Assembly: GCA_963713825.1 (NCBI GenBank)
Contig: CAVQNG010000003.1
Coordinates: 1,824,001 to 1,888,000, forward strand
Length of the DNA: 64,000 nt
From: an uncultured Acidobacteriota bacterium
Lineage (GTDB): Bacteria > Acidobacteriota > Thermoanaerobaculia > Multivoradales > JAHEKO01
Direction of reading: 5' to 3'
Part shown: piece by piece, positions 19,563 to 29,308 of the stretch
Position numbering within the stretch: position 1 is the stretch's first letter
How the letters are laid out: the number at the start of each line of letters is the position of its first letter
The notes under the pieces: model-generated
The model's database searches: none
Seen by the model: the letters and a program-made list of their open reading frames with translations, nothing else
What the model was told of the DNA's origin: nothing
Made by a program: the position numbers and the translations under genes

Positions 19563-21711
19563 GTGTCGGTGGGCCGTCTTCGGATGCGACCGGTCGGTCT
19601 CCAGAAAGGCTGCGTACCCGGCCTGTCACCGTTCCGTCAGGTGAGATCGTGAGCAGCGCTTGACCTTGTAGGTCGCCCAACCACAGGCTGCCATCCAGAG
19701 CTACAGCCATGGTCGACGGAGCTTCGAGGGCTTCGGAGTCGAGAAAGACCCATGGGTCTTCACATCGGTCCGCGCAGTCCAGCGCCCAGATCTTCTTTCC
19801 CCTAGCATCAGCCACATAGAGTCGCTGTTGACCCTGTCCATATTCGAGCGTTATGGGATAACCCAGCGTGTCGGCTACGAACTGGAGCCGTGGTGTCTCC
19901 GTGTCTGTTTGGACGATCCAGAGCGTGCCGGTTGCCCCCTGAGCCGCGAACAGCCGTCTGTGGGAAGTGTCGAAATGCAAGGCCGTTGCTGGCGTTCCAC
20001 CGGGCAAGTCCAGCATTTTCTCTGGGTTGGGTGAGTCCTGCGTGAGGTCTGCGACCCATAGTCCTGGACCCTCTTGCCCGTCATGACTCAGGTAGAGGAC
20101 CTTGCTCTGCACATCGAAGGCGGCAGCATTGAAACACTCGGAGCCGGCGACAGGTATCCGCCCCAGTTCTCGATAGCCGTCATTGTCCACCTGGAACTCG
20201 TAGACCTCCGTTTGGCATTTGGATGAGCCACGGCCCTCGGGTCTCGAAATCGCTGCGTAGGCCAGGTGTCCAGCCACATGAAAGCCTATGCCCTGGTTGG
20301 GATCGATGGACGGGCTCAGACAGGACAGGAAGACTGGTCGATCCGAGCCCGGACGCACCGAGTACACGGCGCGCGAACGGTCCAGGAACAAAGCACTGCC
20401 ATCGGGTCGGGGAGCCACCGCCACCGGCCGAACCCCGTCTTCGCGAACCACGGTTGTCGTGATTCCTTCGTTGTAGGTGCCGCTCAGGGTGAGGACAGCT
20501 TCCATCAGGCGAAACGTATCCTCGGTCAGAACGGCGGAGTGATTGGGAATCAATTCGCCGGGCACCTGCATGATCCAGTAGGGGGTGTCGTTGAGCACCC
20601 AGGGCTTGCGCCGGATGCTGAAACGATGCTCCTCTCCATCGAAGGAGAGGGCCATCTGCTGGGTTTCCGGATCGTACTCTGCCCTGTAGTTGGCGGGCGA
20701 TGACCTATCCGACTCTCCCAGGTCCTCGCTGTCACCGGGGGGTCTCTTTGGGCCGACCGTGACCTCGTGGCTGTGCAGTGCCGAGGTGTGACCCGCCGTG
20801 TGGGTGTACAGATGCTGTTGCTTGGAAATTGGGCTGCAATACTCCTGTCCGTAGTCGCGGAACTTCTTGTTCATCGCCTTGATGCTCATGCCGATTGGGA
20901 AGAAGAGGCTGGTCGCCTTGTCGGTCTGCGAGGTGAAAGAGACCAGGAGCGGTCGCTCATAGCGGTTGCCTCTCTTGTCGACTCGATAGGTCTTGAGTCG
21001 ATTGCGAGCCAGAATGTCGACCATCTGTTTGGTCTGGCTCGCCGAGCCGGCCGGGTTGAGAAGCACGACCAGATCGGCCGGGAAGATCAGCTCCTGCTCG
21101 GGCGAGGCCAGAAGGGCGCTTATCGCGGCCTGGGCCAGGGCCCGCTCGAGGATCATCGAGCCGAACGAATGGCCGATCAGCACGGAGCGCGAGTTCGGAT
21201 TGACCCGCATCGTCGTCAGGATTCGATAGATGGCCTCGGTCGCCGAGGCACCGGCGATCCGTTCCGCTGCGCCGCGCCGGTTGTAGAAGGAGGCCTCCCG
21301 AATCAGGGGAACATTAGAGACCCTGCCCCTCCAGCCGAGATAGACCCCCATCACCGGAATGCCGACCCCGGGGAACCGCTGCTCGATGTCCTCTTCAAGG
21401 CGAGTCAGGAATTTGCGGTACTGATAGATGGACCCCTTGTCCGCTTGGTCTTCGCGCGGGGAAGCGTCGTTGTTCCAGCCGTGGACGAACACCACGAGAG
21501 CAACTCCCGGGCCGCTGTTGAGTCGCTCGAGGTGCGCCAGGGCGCTGTCGAGCTGTGAGGGCGACCATAGCTCCCCCTGATCGTCGAACTCGATGAAGGC
21601 CAGGCTGTAGTCGGCATGCTCCTCGAGACTCGTGGGTCGATACATACGGTGCGCCGTGCACGACAGTGCAAAGAGCCCGGCAAGCAGGGGGACGATAAAT
21701 CTCCGAAGCAT
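19558..21711 (-). CDS. Lipoprotein: alpha/beta-hydrolase (DUF900-like) domain plus C-terminal beta-propeller
   Basis: Lipobox ALSC; FIEFDDQG, VVFVHGWNN, IGHSFG; SMP-30/NHL-like blades in the C-terminal third. Confidence 0.75.
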   Translation of the reverse strand: MLRRFIVPLLAGLFALSCTAHRMYRPTSLEEHADYSLAFIEFDDQGELWSPSQLDSALAHLERLNSGPGVALVVFVHGWNNDASPREDQADKGSIYQYRKFLTRLEEDIEQRFPGVGIPVMGVYLGWRGRVSNVPLIREASFYNRRGAAERIAGASATEAIYRILTTMRVNPNSRSVLIGHSFGSMILERALAQAAISALLASPEQELIFPADLVVLLNPAGSASQTKQMVDILARNRLKTYRVDKRGNRYERPLLVSFTSQTDKATSLFFPIGMSIKAMNKKFRDYGQEYCSPISKQQHLYTHTAGHTSALHSHEVTVGPKRPPGDSEDLGESDRSSPANYRAEYDPETQQMALSFDGEEHRFSIRRKPWVLNDTPYWIMQVPGELIPNHSAVLTEDTFRLMEAVLTLSGTYNEGITTTVVREDGVRPVAVAPRPDGSALFLDRSRAVYSVRPGSDRPVFLSCLSPSIDPNQGIGFHVAGHLAYAAISRPEGRGSSKCQTEVYEFQVDNDGYRELGRIPVAGSECFNAAAFDVQSKVLYLSHDGQEGPGLWVADLTQDSPNPEKMLDLPGGTPATALHFDTSHRRLFAAQGATGTLWIVQTDTETPRLQFVADTLGYPITLEYGQGQQRLYVADARGKKIWALDCADRCEDPWVFLDSEALEAPSTMAVALDGSLWLGDLQGQALLTISPDGTVTGRVRSLSGDRPVASEDGPPTL

Positions 21712-21713
21712 GG

Positions 21714-22511
21714 CTAGAGGAAGTCGAGGATCAATTGGTTCACTCTCTCGGGCCGTTCCAGTGGCGAGATATGACCGGCGCCGTAGATGACGTGAAACAT
21801 CGAGTCTGGCATCGCCGCCGCGACATCGCGCATCTCGGCTACCGGTGTGATGACGTCGTGCTCGCCGCAGAGCAGGAGAGCCGGCAGTTCGATGTTCGGC
21901 AGTTCGTCGGTCATGTCGGGCCGCTCCGCCATGCCTCGTAGCGCTGCGGCGATGGTGGCTGGTCGGGTCGAAGCCATGACCCGTTTCGTTGCCTCGACGC
22001 AGGGCGGATTGGATTCGAGGCTTCGAGGCGCAAAGAGCTTGGGCAGCATCGAATCGGCAACGGGCAACGAGCCCTCTGCGAGCACCGTTCCGGCCAGCGC
22101 CAGCCGACCCTGCGCCCCTTCAGGCGTGTCACTGGCGGCGCGGGTGTCGCACAGGATCAGCTTCTCGAGCCTCTCCCGGTGATGCCGCCAGAACTGCCAG
22201 GCGACGTAGCCGCCCATCGACAGCCCACAGAAAGTGATGGGCTCTCGAATCTCCAAGGCATCGAGCAGTCCGGCCAGGTCGTCCGCATACTGCTGCATGG
22301 TGGTCTTTGCGCCATCACCACCGCCTGGGCCTGCGCTCTCGCCGAAGCCGCGCAGATCGGCTGCGATAACGCGACAACGAATCGCCAGCGCATCGATCTG
22401 CTCCGACCACATGCTGTGGTCGAGTGGGAAGCCGTGTACCAGCAGAAGAACTGGGCCGGCCCCACGGTCTTTGAAAGCCAACTCGACTTCGCCAACAGAG
22501 ATTCTTCGCAT
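21714..22511 (-). CDS. Alpha/beta hydrolase (3-oxoadipate enol-lactonase-like)
   Basis: LVHGFPLD, DLRGFG, GLSMGG, GEHD, AGHISPLE. Confidence 0.88.
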   Translation of the reverse strand: MRRISVGEVELAFKDRGAGPVLLLVHGFPLDHSMWSEQIDALAIRCRVIAADLRGFGESAGPGGGDGAKTTMQQYADDLAGLLDALEIREPITFCGLSMGGYVAWQFWRHHRERLEKLILCDTRAASDTPEGAQGRLALAGTVLAEGSLPVADSMLPKLFAPRSLESNPPCVEATKRVMASTRPATIAAALRGMAERPDMTDELPNIELPALLLCGEHDVITPVAEMRDVAAAMPDSMFHVIYGAGHISPLERPERVNQLILDFL

Positions 22512-22672
22512 CCTGGGCCTCCTCGGGCAGAGCGCAGGCACCCGCCATGAAGGTGCCTGGCACCTATCCTATCGGTCCGGGGTCAGCCAACGTGACAGAA
22601 TCTCACTTTGCAAGTGTCGGAGTTTCTGCCCTCCAAAGGGTCTGGAATCGATAGCGCGAAGGGAGCAACGGA

Positions 22673-23272
22673 ATGAGGGTCTTGGTGGTAGGAGCGTCAG
22701 GGACGATCGGGCGAGCCGTCGTCGCGGAACTGGAGGATCGGCACGATGTGGTCTCTGCGGGACGCACCTCGGGTGCGGTGAGACTGGATATCACCGTCAG
22801 GGAGTCCATCCGAGCAACCTTCGAGAAGTTCGGTTCGGTCGATGCCGTCGTGTCGGCTTCCGGGTCGGTGAAGTTCGCACCATTCGGCGACATGAGCCAT
22901 GACGACTACACTCTCGGCCTCGAGGACAAGCTAATGGGGCAGGTCAACCTGGTCTTGATTGGGCGTGACTACGTCTCGGACGGTGGGTCGTTTACGCTCA
23001 CCTCTGGGGTGCTCGACAGCGATCCCATCGTGGCGGGCTCATCGGCCTCGATGGTCAACGGGGCGCTGAACTCCTTCGTTCGAGCCGCCGCCATCGAGAT
23101 GCCGCGAGGCCAGCGCATCAACGTGGTGAGCCCTGGAGTGATCGAAGAAGCGATGGAAGCTTACGCGCCTTTCTTCCGAGGCTTCGAACCCGTGCCGGCG
23201 TCCCGAGCCGCTCTCGCCTATGCCAAGAGTGTCGAGGGTGCTCAGACCGGTCAGGTCTTTCGCGTCGTCTAG
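22673..23272 (+). CDS. Short-chain dehydrogenase/reductase
   Basis: VVGASGTIG, KLMGQVNL, GGSFTLTSG, RINVVSPG. Confidence 0.9.
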   Translation: MRVLVVGASGTIGRAVVAELEDRHDVVSAGRTSGAVRLDITVRESIRATFEKFGSVDAVVSASGSVKFAPFGDMSHDDYTLGLEDKLMGQVNLVLIGRDYVSDGGSFTLTSGVLDSDPIVAGSSASMVNGALNSFVRAAAIEMPRGQRINVVSPGVIEEAMEAYAPFFRGFEPVPASRAALAYAKSVEGAQTGQVFRVV

Positions 23273-23287
23273 AGAGCGCGGTGCTCT

Positions 23288-23923
23288 ATGAAGCTCATCG
23301 ACCTTACCCACGTCGTCAAACCGGGAATGACTGTGTTCCCCGGCACAGAAGCGCCGGTTTTCGAAGTGGGCTCTTCGATCGACAAGGATGGCTTCGAAGA
23401 GAAGAAGATCACCATGTTCTCCCATACCGGGACGCACATGGACGCTCCGGCACACATCATCGCCGGCGCCCGCAGATTGGACGAGTTTCCCATTGGCAAG
23501 TTCTCGGGCCAGGCTTGCGTCGTCGATGTGGATAGCAACGATGCCGTCAAGATTGATGTGGAAGTGCTAAAGAGCAGGGGCGAGGCGATTCTCGAGTCCG
23601 ACTTCGTGATCCTGCGCAGCGGCTGGAGCCAGCTGTGGGACTCCGACGAGTACTTCCGTAATTTCCCTGTCCTGAGCCCTGAAGCAGCTCAGTGGCTCGT
23701 CGAGGCGAACATCAAGGGCGTCGGCCTCGACATGATCTCGGTGGACGAGTGCGATTCCACCGATTTCGCTGTCCACAACATCCTGCTCGGCGCGGATCTG
23801 GTGATCATCGAGAACCTGACGAACCTGGAGCTGCTGCCCGATTCGGTCTTCTCCTTCTACTGCTTCCCCCTACGCATCGACCAGGCAGACGGCTCCCCAG
23901 TGCGTGCTGTGGCTGCTGTCTGA
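23288..23923 (+). CDS. Cyclase family metal hydrolase (kynurenine formamidase-like)
   Basis: HTGTHMDAPAH, VGLDMISVD, IENLTNL, DGSPVRAVA. Confidence 0.9.
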   Translation: MKLIDLTHVVKPGMTVFPGTEAPVFEVGSSIDKDGFEEKKITMFSHTGTHMDAPAHIIAGARRLDEFPIGKFSGQACVVDVDSNDAVKIDVEVLKSRGEAILESDFVILRSGWSQLWDSDEYFRNFPVLSPEAAQWLVEANIKGVGLDMISVDECDSTDFAVHNILLGADLVIIENLTNLELLPDSVFSFYCFPLRIDQADGSPVRAVAAV

Positions 23924-23935
23924 AGCTGCTGCTTT

Positions 23936-25114
23936 TCACTGCACCACGGTAGGCCAGGCCGACAGGTCACCCGACTCGAAATCGTCCTTGAAGATCGCGG
24001 TGTCGAGGTGCCCCAGCGCGACAGCCCTGCTGTTGTCAGTGTCTGCACTGACGTCGCCGCAGGTGAAGCCTCCGTTGCCATCGCCAAGGCAGACACGATC
24101 CTCTTCACTCACATTGGAGAAGACGGCATCGAGATGCGAGTCGTCGTCGATCAGGCCCAGCGCAACGTCAACCGAAGTGTAGCTGACGGCCTCGACGTTG
24201 CTGCAGGAGAAGCCGCCTGTGCCGTCGCCCAGGCAGACGCGATTCGGGTCACCAGCGTTCGCGAAAACAACATCGACGTTGTCGTCGCCGTCAATCAATC
24301 CTGACGCCACACTGGTGGTAGTACCACGTTCGCTCAGATAGCTGCAGGTGAGGCCGCCCAGCCCGTCACCCACACAGAGCTGATTCGATCCGTTCGAGTT
24401 GCTGACAACGGCGTCCAAATGCCGGTCGGAATCGATCCGATCGAGCACGATGTCCGAAGAAAGGGAGCCAACGTCGAGCTCGCTGCAGGAGAAGCCGCCG
24501 GCACCATCGCCAAGGCAGATTTGAGCGTCGGACCCGCTGAAGACCGCGTCGAGGTGGTTGTCGGCGTCCAGCCAGTCCAGCGCGACCGCGGACGTAGTAG
24601 TGGGATCGCCCGCGAAGTCACTACAGGAAAAGCCACCGCTTCCGTCTCCCAAACAGACCCGATCCCACCAGCCGGACGTGGCGAGCACCACATCGAGGTT
24701 CAGGTCACCGTCGACGAATCCGAGGGCCACTCCGAACGTGTTGATGCTGGACTGGCTGAGGTCGCCACAGGTGAAGTCTCCGAAGCCATCGCCGAGGCAG
24801 AGCCGGTTGCCCTTGTAGGCGTTGGTGGCAAAGATCGCATCGAGATGAACGTCGCCGTCGACCAGTCCGAGTGCTACGTTTTGGGTGATCCTGATGTCGG
24901 TCTCGAGGTCGCTGCAGCTGAATCCACCTGTGCCGTCGCCGAGACAGACCTGGCTTTCGGCGTCGTAGACGGCAAACACGGCATCGAGATTCCCGGCGCC
25001 TTTGGCCGGTATCGTCAGTGAGCCGGAAGCTCCCAGCAACACGAGAATGAAGGCGAGTGGAAGCGAGTTGTGCTTCAGCTGTTCAGGGCTTGGATGTTCC
25101 TTGGGTCTCTTCAT
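23936..25114 (-). CDS. Secreted FG-GAP/VCBS-repeat beta-propeller with DDFESGD tail
   Basis: About seven repeats of C(L/V)GDG.G.F(S/T)C......VALG..D.D..LDAVF; signal-like N-terminus; ends IFKDDFESGDLSAWPTVVQ. Confidence 0.85.
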   Translation of the reverse strand: MKRPKEHPSPEQLKHNSLPLAFILVLLGASGSLTIPAKGAGNLDAVFAVYDAESQVCLGDGTGGFSCSDLETDIRITQNVALGLVDGDVHLDAIFATNAYKGNRLCLGDGFGDFTCGDLSQSSINTFGVALGFVDGDLNLDVVLATSGWWDRVCLGDGSGGFSCSDFAGDPTTTSAVALDWLDADNHLDAVFSGSDAQICLGDGAGGFSCSELDVGSLSSDIVLDRIDSDRHLDAVVSNSNGSNQLCVGDGLGGLTCSYLSERGTTTSVASGLIDGDDNVDVVFANAGDPNRVCLGDGTGGFSCSNVEAVSYTSVDVALGLIDDDSHLDAVFSNVSEEDRVCLGDGNGGFTCGDVSADTDNSRAVALGHLDTAIFKDDFESGDLSAWPTVVQ

Positions 25115-25143
25115 TTTGGTCCCCTCCCGCATGCAGGTAGCTG

Positions 25144-25242
25144 CTTTCGGCAGCCCGGCGATCTTGGGAACCTTCGAGGTCGATGAAGGAGGCGAGGACC
25201 CGTGGCTTTGTGCACTCAGCCTTTCGACTGGCTTACCCTTGT
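25144..25242 (-). ncRNA. Cyclic-di-GMP-I (GEMM) riboswitch upstream of the FG-GAP gene
   Basis: Minus strand reads AAGGGUAAGCCAGUC-GAAA-GGCUGAGUGCAC-AAA-GCCACGGGUCCU...AAGAUCGCCGGGCUGCCGAA, matching the GEMM layout (GNRA-capped P2, AAA junction, P3, 3' GCUGCCG). Confidence 0.8.
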
Positions 25243-25313
25243 CGAGGCAGCCACTCCCCGCCAGGTGCACCTCGTTCGAATCTGCACCCGCGAGGGTGAC
25301 TTGCTTGCTTCAG

Positions 25314-25319
25314 ATTATA
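25314..25319 (-). promoter_or_regulatory. Sigma70-type -10 box (TATAAT) for the riboswitch-FG-GAP transcript
   Basis: Perfect TATAAT on the minus strand ~70 nt upstream of the aptamer; the same tcctataat 9-mer precedes the SBBP gene (40909-40917). Confidence 0.5.
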
Positions 25320-25415
25320 GGATTTCTGTTCCTCCGAGGGTTCCCTTGCTCTCATCCCTCACAGCCTCGACCGAGAGTGATTCTGCAACCTCCTGTCGGT
25401 CGGTCACCACTACAC

Positions 25416-26852
25416 CTACCTGGTGACGAAATAGGACCGGCGAAGCGAACGGGTCTGCCCTTGGCTCTGCCAGGCGAATTCGAGTGTGAAGCGGCGGTGC
25501 TGGGGGCCAGCCGGCCGAATGCGGTTCCTCGGGATGATGATCAGATGGCGTCCCTCGCCCGAAGCAGGGAAGTCCGAAGTGTCGGTGGGACCGCCTTGTA
25601 GATCAGTGACACGGACAGTCGCGTCGGGCAGTGGATCGCCACCGGAGTCGAGCGCGACCAGGCGCACACGGACGTTCGTGACCGACGTTCGCAGGGCGTC
25701 CTCCGCGTCGACTGCTCCGTAGACGAAGGGGGCCAGCGGAAGCCCTCCCAACAGGTGCCGCAGCAGGTTACGTCCACCAGGATTGCGCCACAGGGTCGAG
25801 TGTGGGTTGGTCTTGCCGCCATGATCCCGTCCGACGGGGACGTGATAGGTGGCGACGTCGGCGCCGCGAAGCCAGTTCGCCGAGACGCGGGGCACAGTGG
25901 CATCGCCGCCTCCTTGGAGGTCGTCTCCCTCTTCGTTCACGAAGACGACATCCAACTGCTCCGGTGGTCCGGTCATCACCGCCCGCACCGCAGTCTCGGC
26001 CCCCCATCCGACAACGTTCGTCACAGGGATCGAGTGCCCTCCCAATCGGAGTGACGGCGTGCGCTGACCGAGAGTGGAGTCGGCTGCGTCGGCCCTCATG
26101 TCCATCTGGTCTTCCAGATCCGGTGTGAACCAGCCTCGTTTGAGTAGGGGAGTCACCTGCCTCCCTGCCCCGTCGATCGCCAAACGAAGGGGCCGCCCCT
26201 GGTCGTCTTCCATGACGGTCTTATCCGGGTCGGGAGGTAGGAGGTCGAAGGCCGCCCAGCTGAGGGACACCACCCTTTTCGTTTCGGGCTTGGTCAAGAG
26301 CGGTCCGAACCCATTCGTACCAGTGAGGAAGAGCAGGGACTTCAATGTACCCGCCCAGGGCACCCCGAAACCGATGACGCGTTCGACCATTCCCAGGAAG
26401 GCGTTGTCGTTCTTGTGGCTTTCGAGTAGATAGCGCGCCACCAGGCCGCCAGTCGAGTGGGCGATGATCGTGACCGGTGCCTGGGCTTGTTGAGCTTCCT
26501 TCTCGATCGCCTGCTCGAGCCGAGCCTGCATGCCGACGTCGAATATCGGCCGACGCCAGTCCCACCCGAACCGGACCGGCTCGATGCCGATTGTGCTGAG
26601 AATGTTGTACAGAGAGTCGGCCTGCTTGGCGAGATCGAAGAACAGGAAGTTGGCCAGCCGCCGAATCGGCTCCCCGGCGACGAGCGGGTCGAGAGCGGCC
26701 AGGTCGTCCGGCGCCTCGAGCTGCTTCAGGATGCGCTTCTTGGAGGCGGGGTGGAGCAGTCCAGGGATGTTGAGAAAGACCTTCTTCCCCGTGTCTCGCT
26801 CCAGGATGTGGGTCCCGGGATAGCCTGGAATAAACAGCACGGGCTTGGGCAT
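25416..26852 (-). CDS. LCAT/PGAP1-like lipase-acyltransferase
   Basis: PVLFIPGYPG, FGWDWR, IIAHSTGGLVARY, FGVPWAG, GDATVP; no signal peptide. Confidence 0.8.
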   Translation of the reverse strand: MPKPVLFIPGYPGTHILERDTGKKVFLNIPGLLHPASKKRILKQLEAPDDLAALDPLVAGEPIRRLANFLFFDLAKQADSLYNILSTIGIEPVRFGWDWRRPIFDVGMQARLEQAIEKEAQQAQAPVTIIAHSTGGLVARYLLESHKNDNAFLGMVERVIGFGVPWAGTLKSLLFLTGTNGFGPLLTKPETKRVVSLSWAAFDLLPPDPDKTVMEDDQGRPLRLAIDGAGRQVTPLLKRGWFTPDLEDQMDMRADAADSTLGQRTPSLRLGGHSIPVTNVVGWGAETAVRAVMTGPPEQLDVVFVNEEGDDLQGGGDATVPRVSANWLRGADVATYHVPVGRDHGGKTNPHSTLWRNPGGRNLLRHLLGGLPLAPFVYGAVDAEDALRTSVTNVRVRLVALDSGGDPLPDATVRVTDLQGGPTDTSDFPASGEGRHLIIIPRNRIRPAGPQHRRFTLEFAWQSQGQTRSLRRSYFVTR

Positions 26853-26943
26853 GGCTTCTCCCTAGATCAAGAGACCGACTCGGTCATTCGACTTTGGGCA
26901 TCGAGCACCGGCAGCTGGTTGGACATGACCTTCAGGTCCTCCT

Positions 26944-27567
26944 CTACCTTTCGATGGCTGCTTGCTGCAGGCCGCTTCGAGTCTGCTCCAGAGCCTGATC
27001 GAAGGCCTGATAGAGCTGCTCGACGATGCCGGCAACCGTCTCGTTGCTACCTGTGGCCGAACCTTCGACCACCCCGGACCACAGCGTCTTGCCATCGCGC
27101 TCGACCAGCCTCAGCTCGAGGGCCAGTCGGGCCAGTTGCTGGCCGGGTACGTCGATCTCTTCGAGATAGATAACGCGGCCCCGAAGGAACGCCGAGTAGT
27201 CGCCACTCGAAGTCACCGGCTCGATGCGGTCGATCCCGGGTGTACCTTGTAGACCCTCGGCCATGGACACGGCGACCAGGTCGCCCAGAGGGGCCGCCCA
27301 GCGGTGGTAGGTGTAGAAGCCAACCTCGACCGCATCGGTTCCCAGTCGATACACCAGTTGGTCCCGATCGTACGGTGGGTCGACGGTGAAGGGCTCGACA
27401 CCGATTCGCAGGCCGGTCGAGTCACTCGAAGGGGTGGCAACTTCTGTTGCCGTATTCGTCGGGGCGAGGACGTAGTAGTGAGTCGTTGGGGCCGAGCTGC
27501 AGGCGCCGAGTAGCGAGACAGCCAACGAGGTGGCCCACAGCAGCGAGATCAGCTTCGATTGCCTCAT
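26944..27567 (-). CDS. PqiC/DUF330-like ABC auxiliary lipoprotein
   Basis: Lipobox LGAC; HYYVL, YDRDQLVYR, HRWAAP. Confidence 0.85.
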   Translation of the reverse strand: MRQSKLISLLWATSLAVSLLGACSSAPTTHYYVLAPTNTATEVATPSSDSTGLRIGVEPFTVDPPYDRDQLVYRLGTDAVEVGFYTYHRWAAPLGDLVAVSMAEGLQGTPGIDRIEPVTSSGDYSAFLRGRVIYLEEIDVPGQQLARLALELRLVERDGKTLWSGVVEGSATGSNETVAGIVEQLYQAFDQALEQTRSGLQQAAIER

Positions 27568-28517
27568 CGATCCACTCCTTCCCCGGGCTTGCGATCCGGC
27601 CCTTTCGAATTGCGCACCAGGGCCGATGGGCGCTCCTTGATCGACTCCGTGAATGCCTTCAGATTGGCTGTGGCCAGTCGCAGGTCACGCACCATGGCTT
27701 CGAGCTCTCCTTGGTTCATCTCCATCGAGCTGACACTGTCGCCGGCGGAGTCCAGAAGGGAAGACAGTCGATCGCCGTCCGGCCCCAGGGCGGTTCGCAG
27801 GTCTCCCACCAACCCCTGCAGGTCGGTGGTCAGGTCCGGGATACCCGCAACTCCGGTTTCCAGCTCGGCAGATAGATCATCGAGTCGCGTCATCAGCGAT
27901 GTCAGCCGCGGACCCGCCTCTTGCATCGTGTCGCGCATCGCCGTCAGGCTCTCACTGATCGAGGCCAGATTCTGGTCTGACATCAGGAGCTCGAAACGCT
28001 CCAAAAGTGGTCCCGTACTTGCGGAAAGGCTCTGCAGCAAAGCCGTCATCTCGTCGAGAGCCACGCCGGCGCGATCCGATAGCTCACCGAAACCACTCAT
28101 GGCGTCGGCGGTGCTGACCATTTCGAGACCCACGATCGGCGTATCAGGGGGCAGCGCCGGCTCGCCCGATGGCCCGGTGTCGATCTCGAGATAAGGGCTG
28201 CCGAGAAGACCATCCGTTGTCAGCCTCGCCGAGGCGGCATCGGTGACCAAGATGTCGGCGTCGAGTCCGATCCGGAAGAGCACCGGCCACTCTGTGCCCG
28301 GCCGCAGGTCGACGTCCTGGACCCGGCCCACTTCCATTCCAGCGACGCGGACCGGATCCCCTTGGCGCACGCCTCCAGAGCTCTTCATGAGGACTTCGTA
28401 GGTTGCTCTTTCGGTGCCTCCGGGGTGGAATCCAGCCACCCACAGGGAGCCAACGACGAGAATTGCCAGAGCGATGATCACAAACAGTCCGGCACGAATG
28501 GTGCTCGTATCTTTCAT
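27564..28517 (-). CDS. mlaD: MCE/MlaD-family substrate-binding protein
   Basis: N-terminal TM; GGVRQGDPVRVAGMEVGRV, GLLGSPYLEI; helical tail ending ERPSALV. Confidence 0.88.
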   Translation of the reverse strand: MKDTSTIRAGLFVIIALAILVVGSLWVAGFHPGGTERATYEVLMKSSGGVRQGDPVRVAGMEVGRVQDVDLRPGTEWPVLFRIGLDADILVTDAASARLTTDGLLGSPYLEIDTGPSGEPALPPDTPIVGLEMVSTADAMSGFGELSDRAGVALDEMTALLQSLSASTGPLLERFELLMSDQNLASISESLTAMRDTMQEAGPRLTSLMTRLDDLSAELETGVAGIPDLTTDLQGLVGDLRTALGPDGDRLSSLLDSAGDSVSSMEMNQGELEAMVRDLRLATANLKAFTESIKERPSALVRNSKGPDRKPGEGVDR

Positions 28518-29308
28518 TGGCCTGTAATCCAGTGTCGGTAGCGCTCGCCATGCTCGGCGGCAATTTCGGTTTCACGGTCGAGGAAGCGGCGAACGATGCT
28601 GTTGGTCGAGGCCTTGATCTCGTCCGGTGTGCCAATCGCCAGGATGCGCCCCCGGTCGATCAGCGCAATGCGCTCGCCAACTGCGAAGGCGCTCTCGAGC
28701 TCGTGCGTGACCACGATCAAGGTGACGTCAAAGACCTCTCGCAAGCGAATCAGCAACTGGTCGAGGCCTGCCGAGGTCACAGGGTCGAGGCCCGCGGACG
28801 GCTCGTCGGCGAAGAGGATCTGAGGGTCGAGAGCCATGGCACGAGCGAAGGCGACCCGCTTGCGCATCCCACCCGAGAGCTCGGACGGATACAAGTCGGC
28901 GGTTCCTTCCAGGCCCACCAGGGCCAGTTTGATTCGCACGATGAGCTCGCGCGTCGTCTTCGGCAGATCGGTGAGCTCCTCGAGAGGCAGATCGATGTTC
29001 TCGCCCACCGTCATGGAGGTGAAGAGGGCTCCTGCCTGGAACGCCACTCCCATCGACTGTCGCAGCCGAGCCAGCTCCTGGCGTTTGGCCCGAAACAGAT
29101 TGGTGCCCGCCACGATTACCTCTCCTTCATCGGGCTCTTCGAGGCCGATCAGGCAGCGCAGCAGGGTGCTCTTGCCGCTACCGCTGGATCCCAGGATGAT
29201 CAACGTCTCGCCAGTCTCGATCTCGAGATCGATGCCGTCCAGCACGGTCTTTTCACCGAAGCTCTTGTGCAGGCCACGAGCCTCGATGATGGTTGTTGCC
29301 GGACTCAA
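28514..29308 (-). CDS. mlaF: MlaF-like ABC ATPase
   Basis: GSSGSGKS, ELSGGMRKR, DEPSAGLDP, VTHEL. Confidence 0.9.
   Translation of the reverse strand: MSPATTIIEARGLHKSFGEKTVLDGIDLEIETGETLIILGSSGSGKSTLLRCLIGLEEPDEGEVIVAGTNLFRAKRQELARLRQSMGVAFQAGALFTSMTVGENIDLPLEELTDLPKTTRELIVRIKLALVGLEGTADLYPSELSGGMRKRVAFARAMALDPQILFADEPSAGLDPVTSAGLDQLLIRLREVFDVTLIVVTHELESAFAVGERIALIDRGRILAIGTPDEIKASTNSIVRRFLDRETEIAAEHGERYRHWITGQ

Noticed and set aside
25115-25270. N-terminal extension of the FG-GAP ORF to 25270
   Set aside because: Overlaps the riboswitch; the GGAGG RBS and signal-like segment support ATG 25114.
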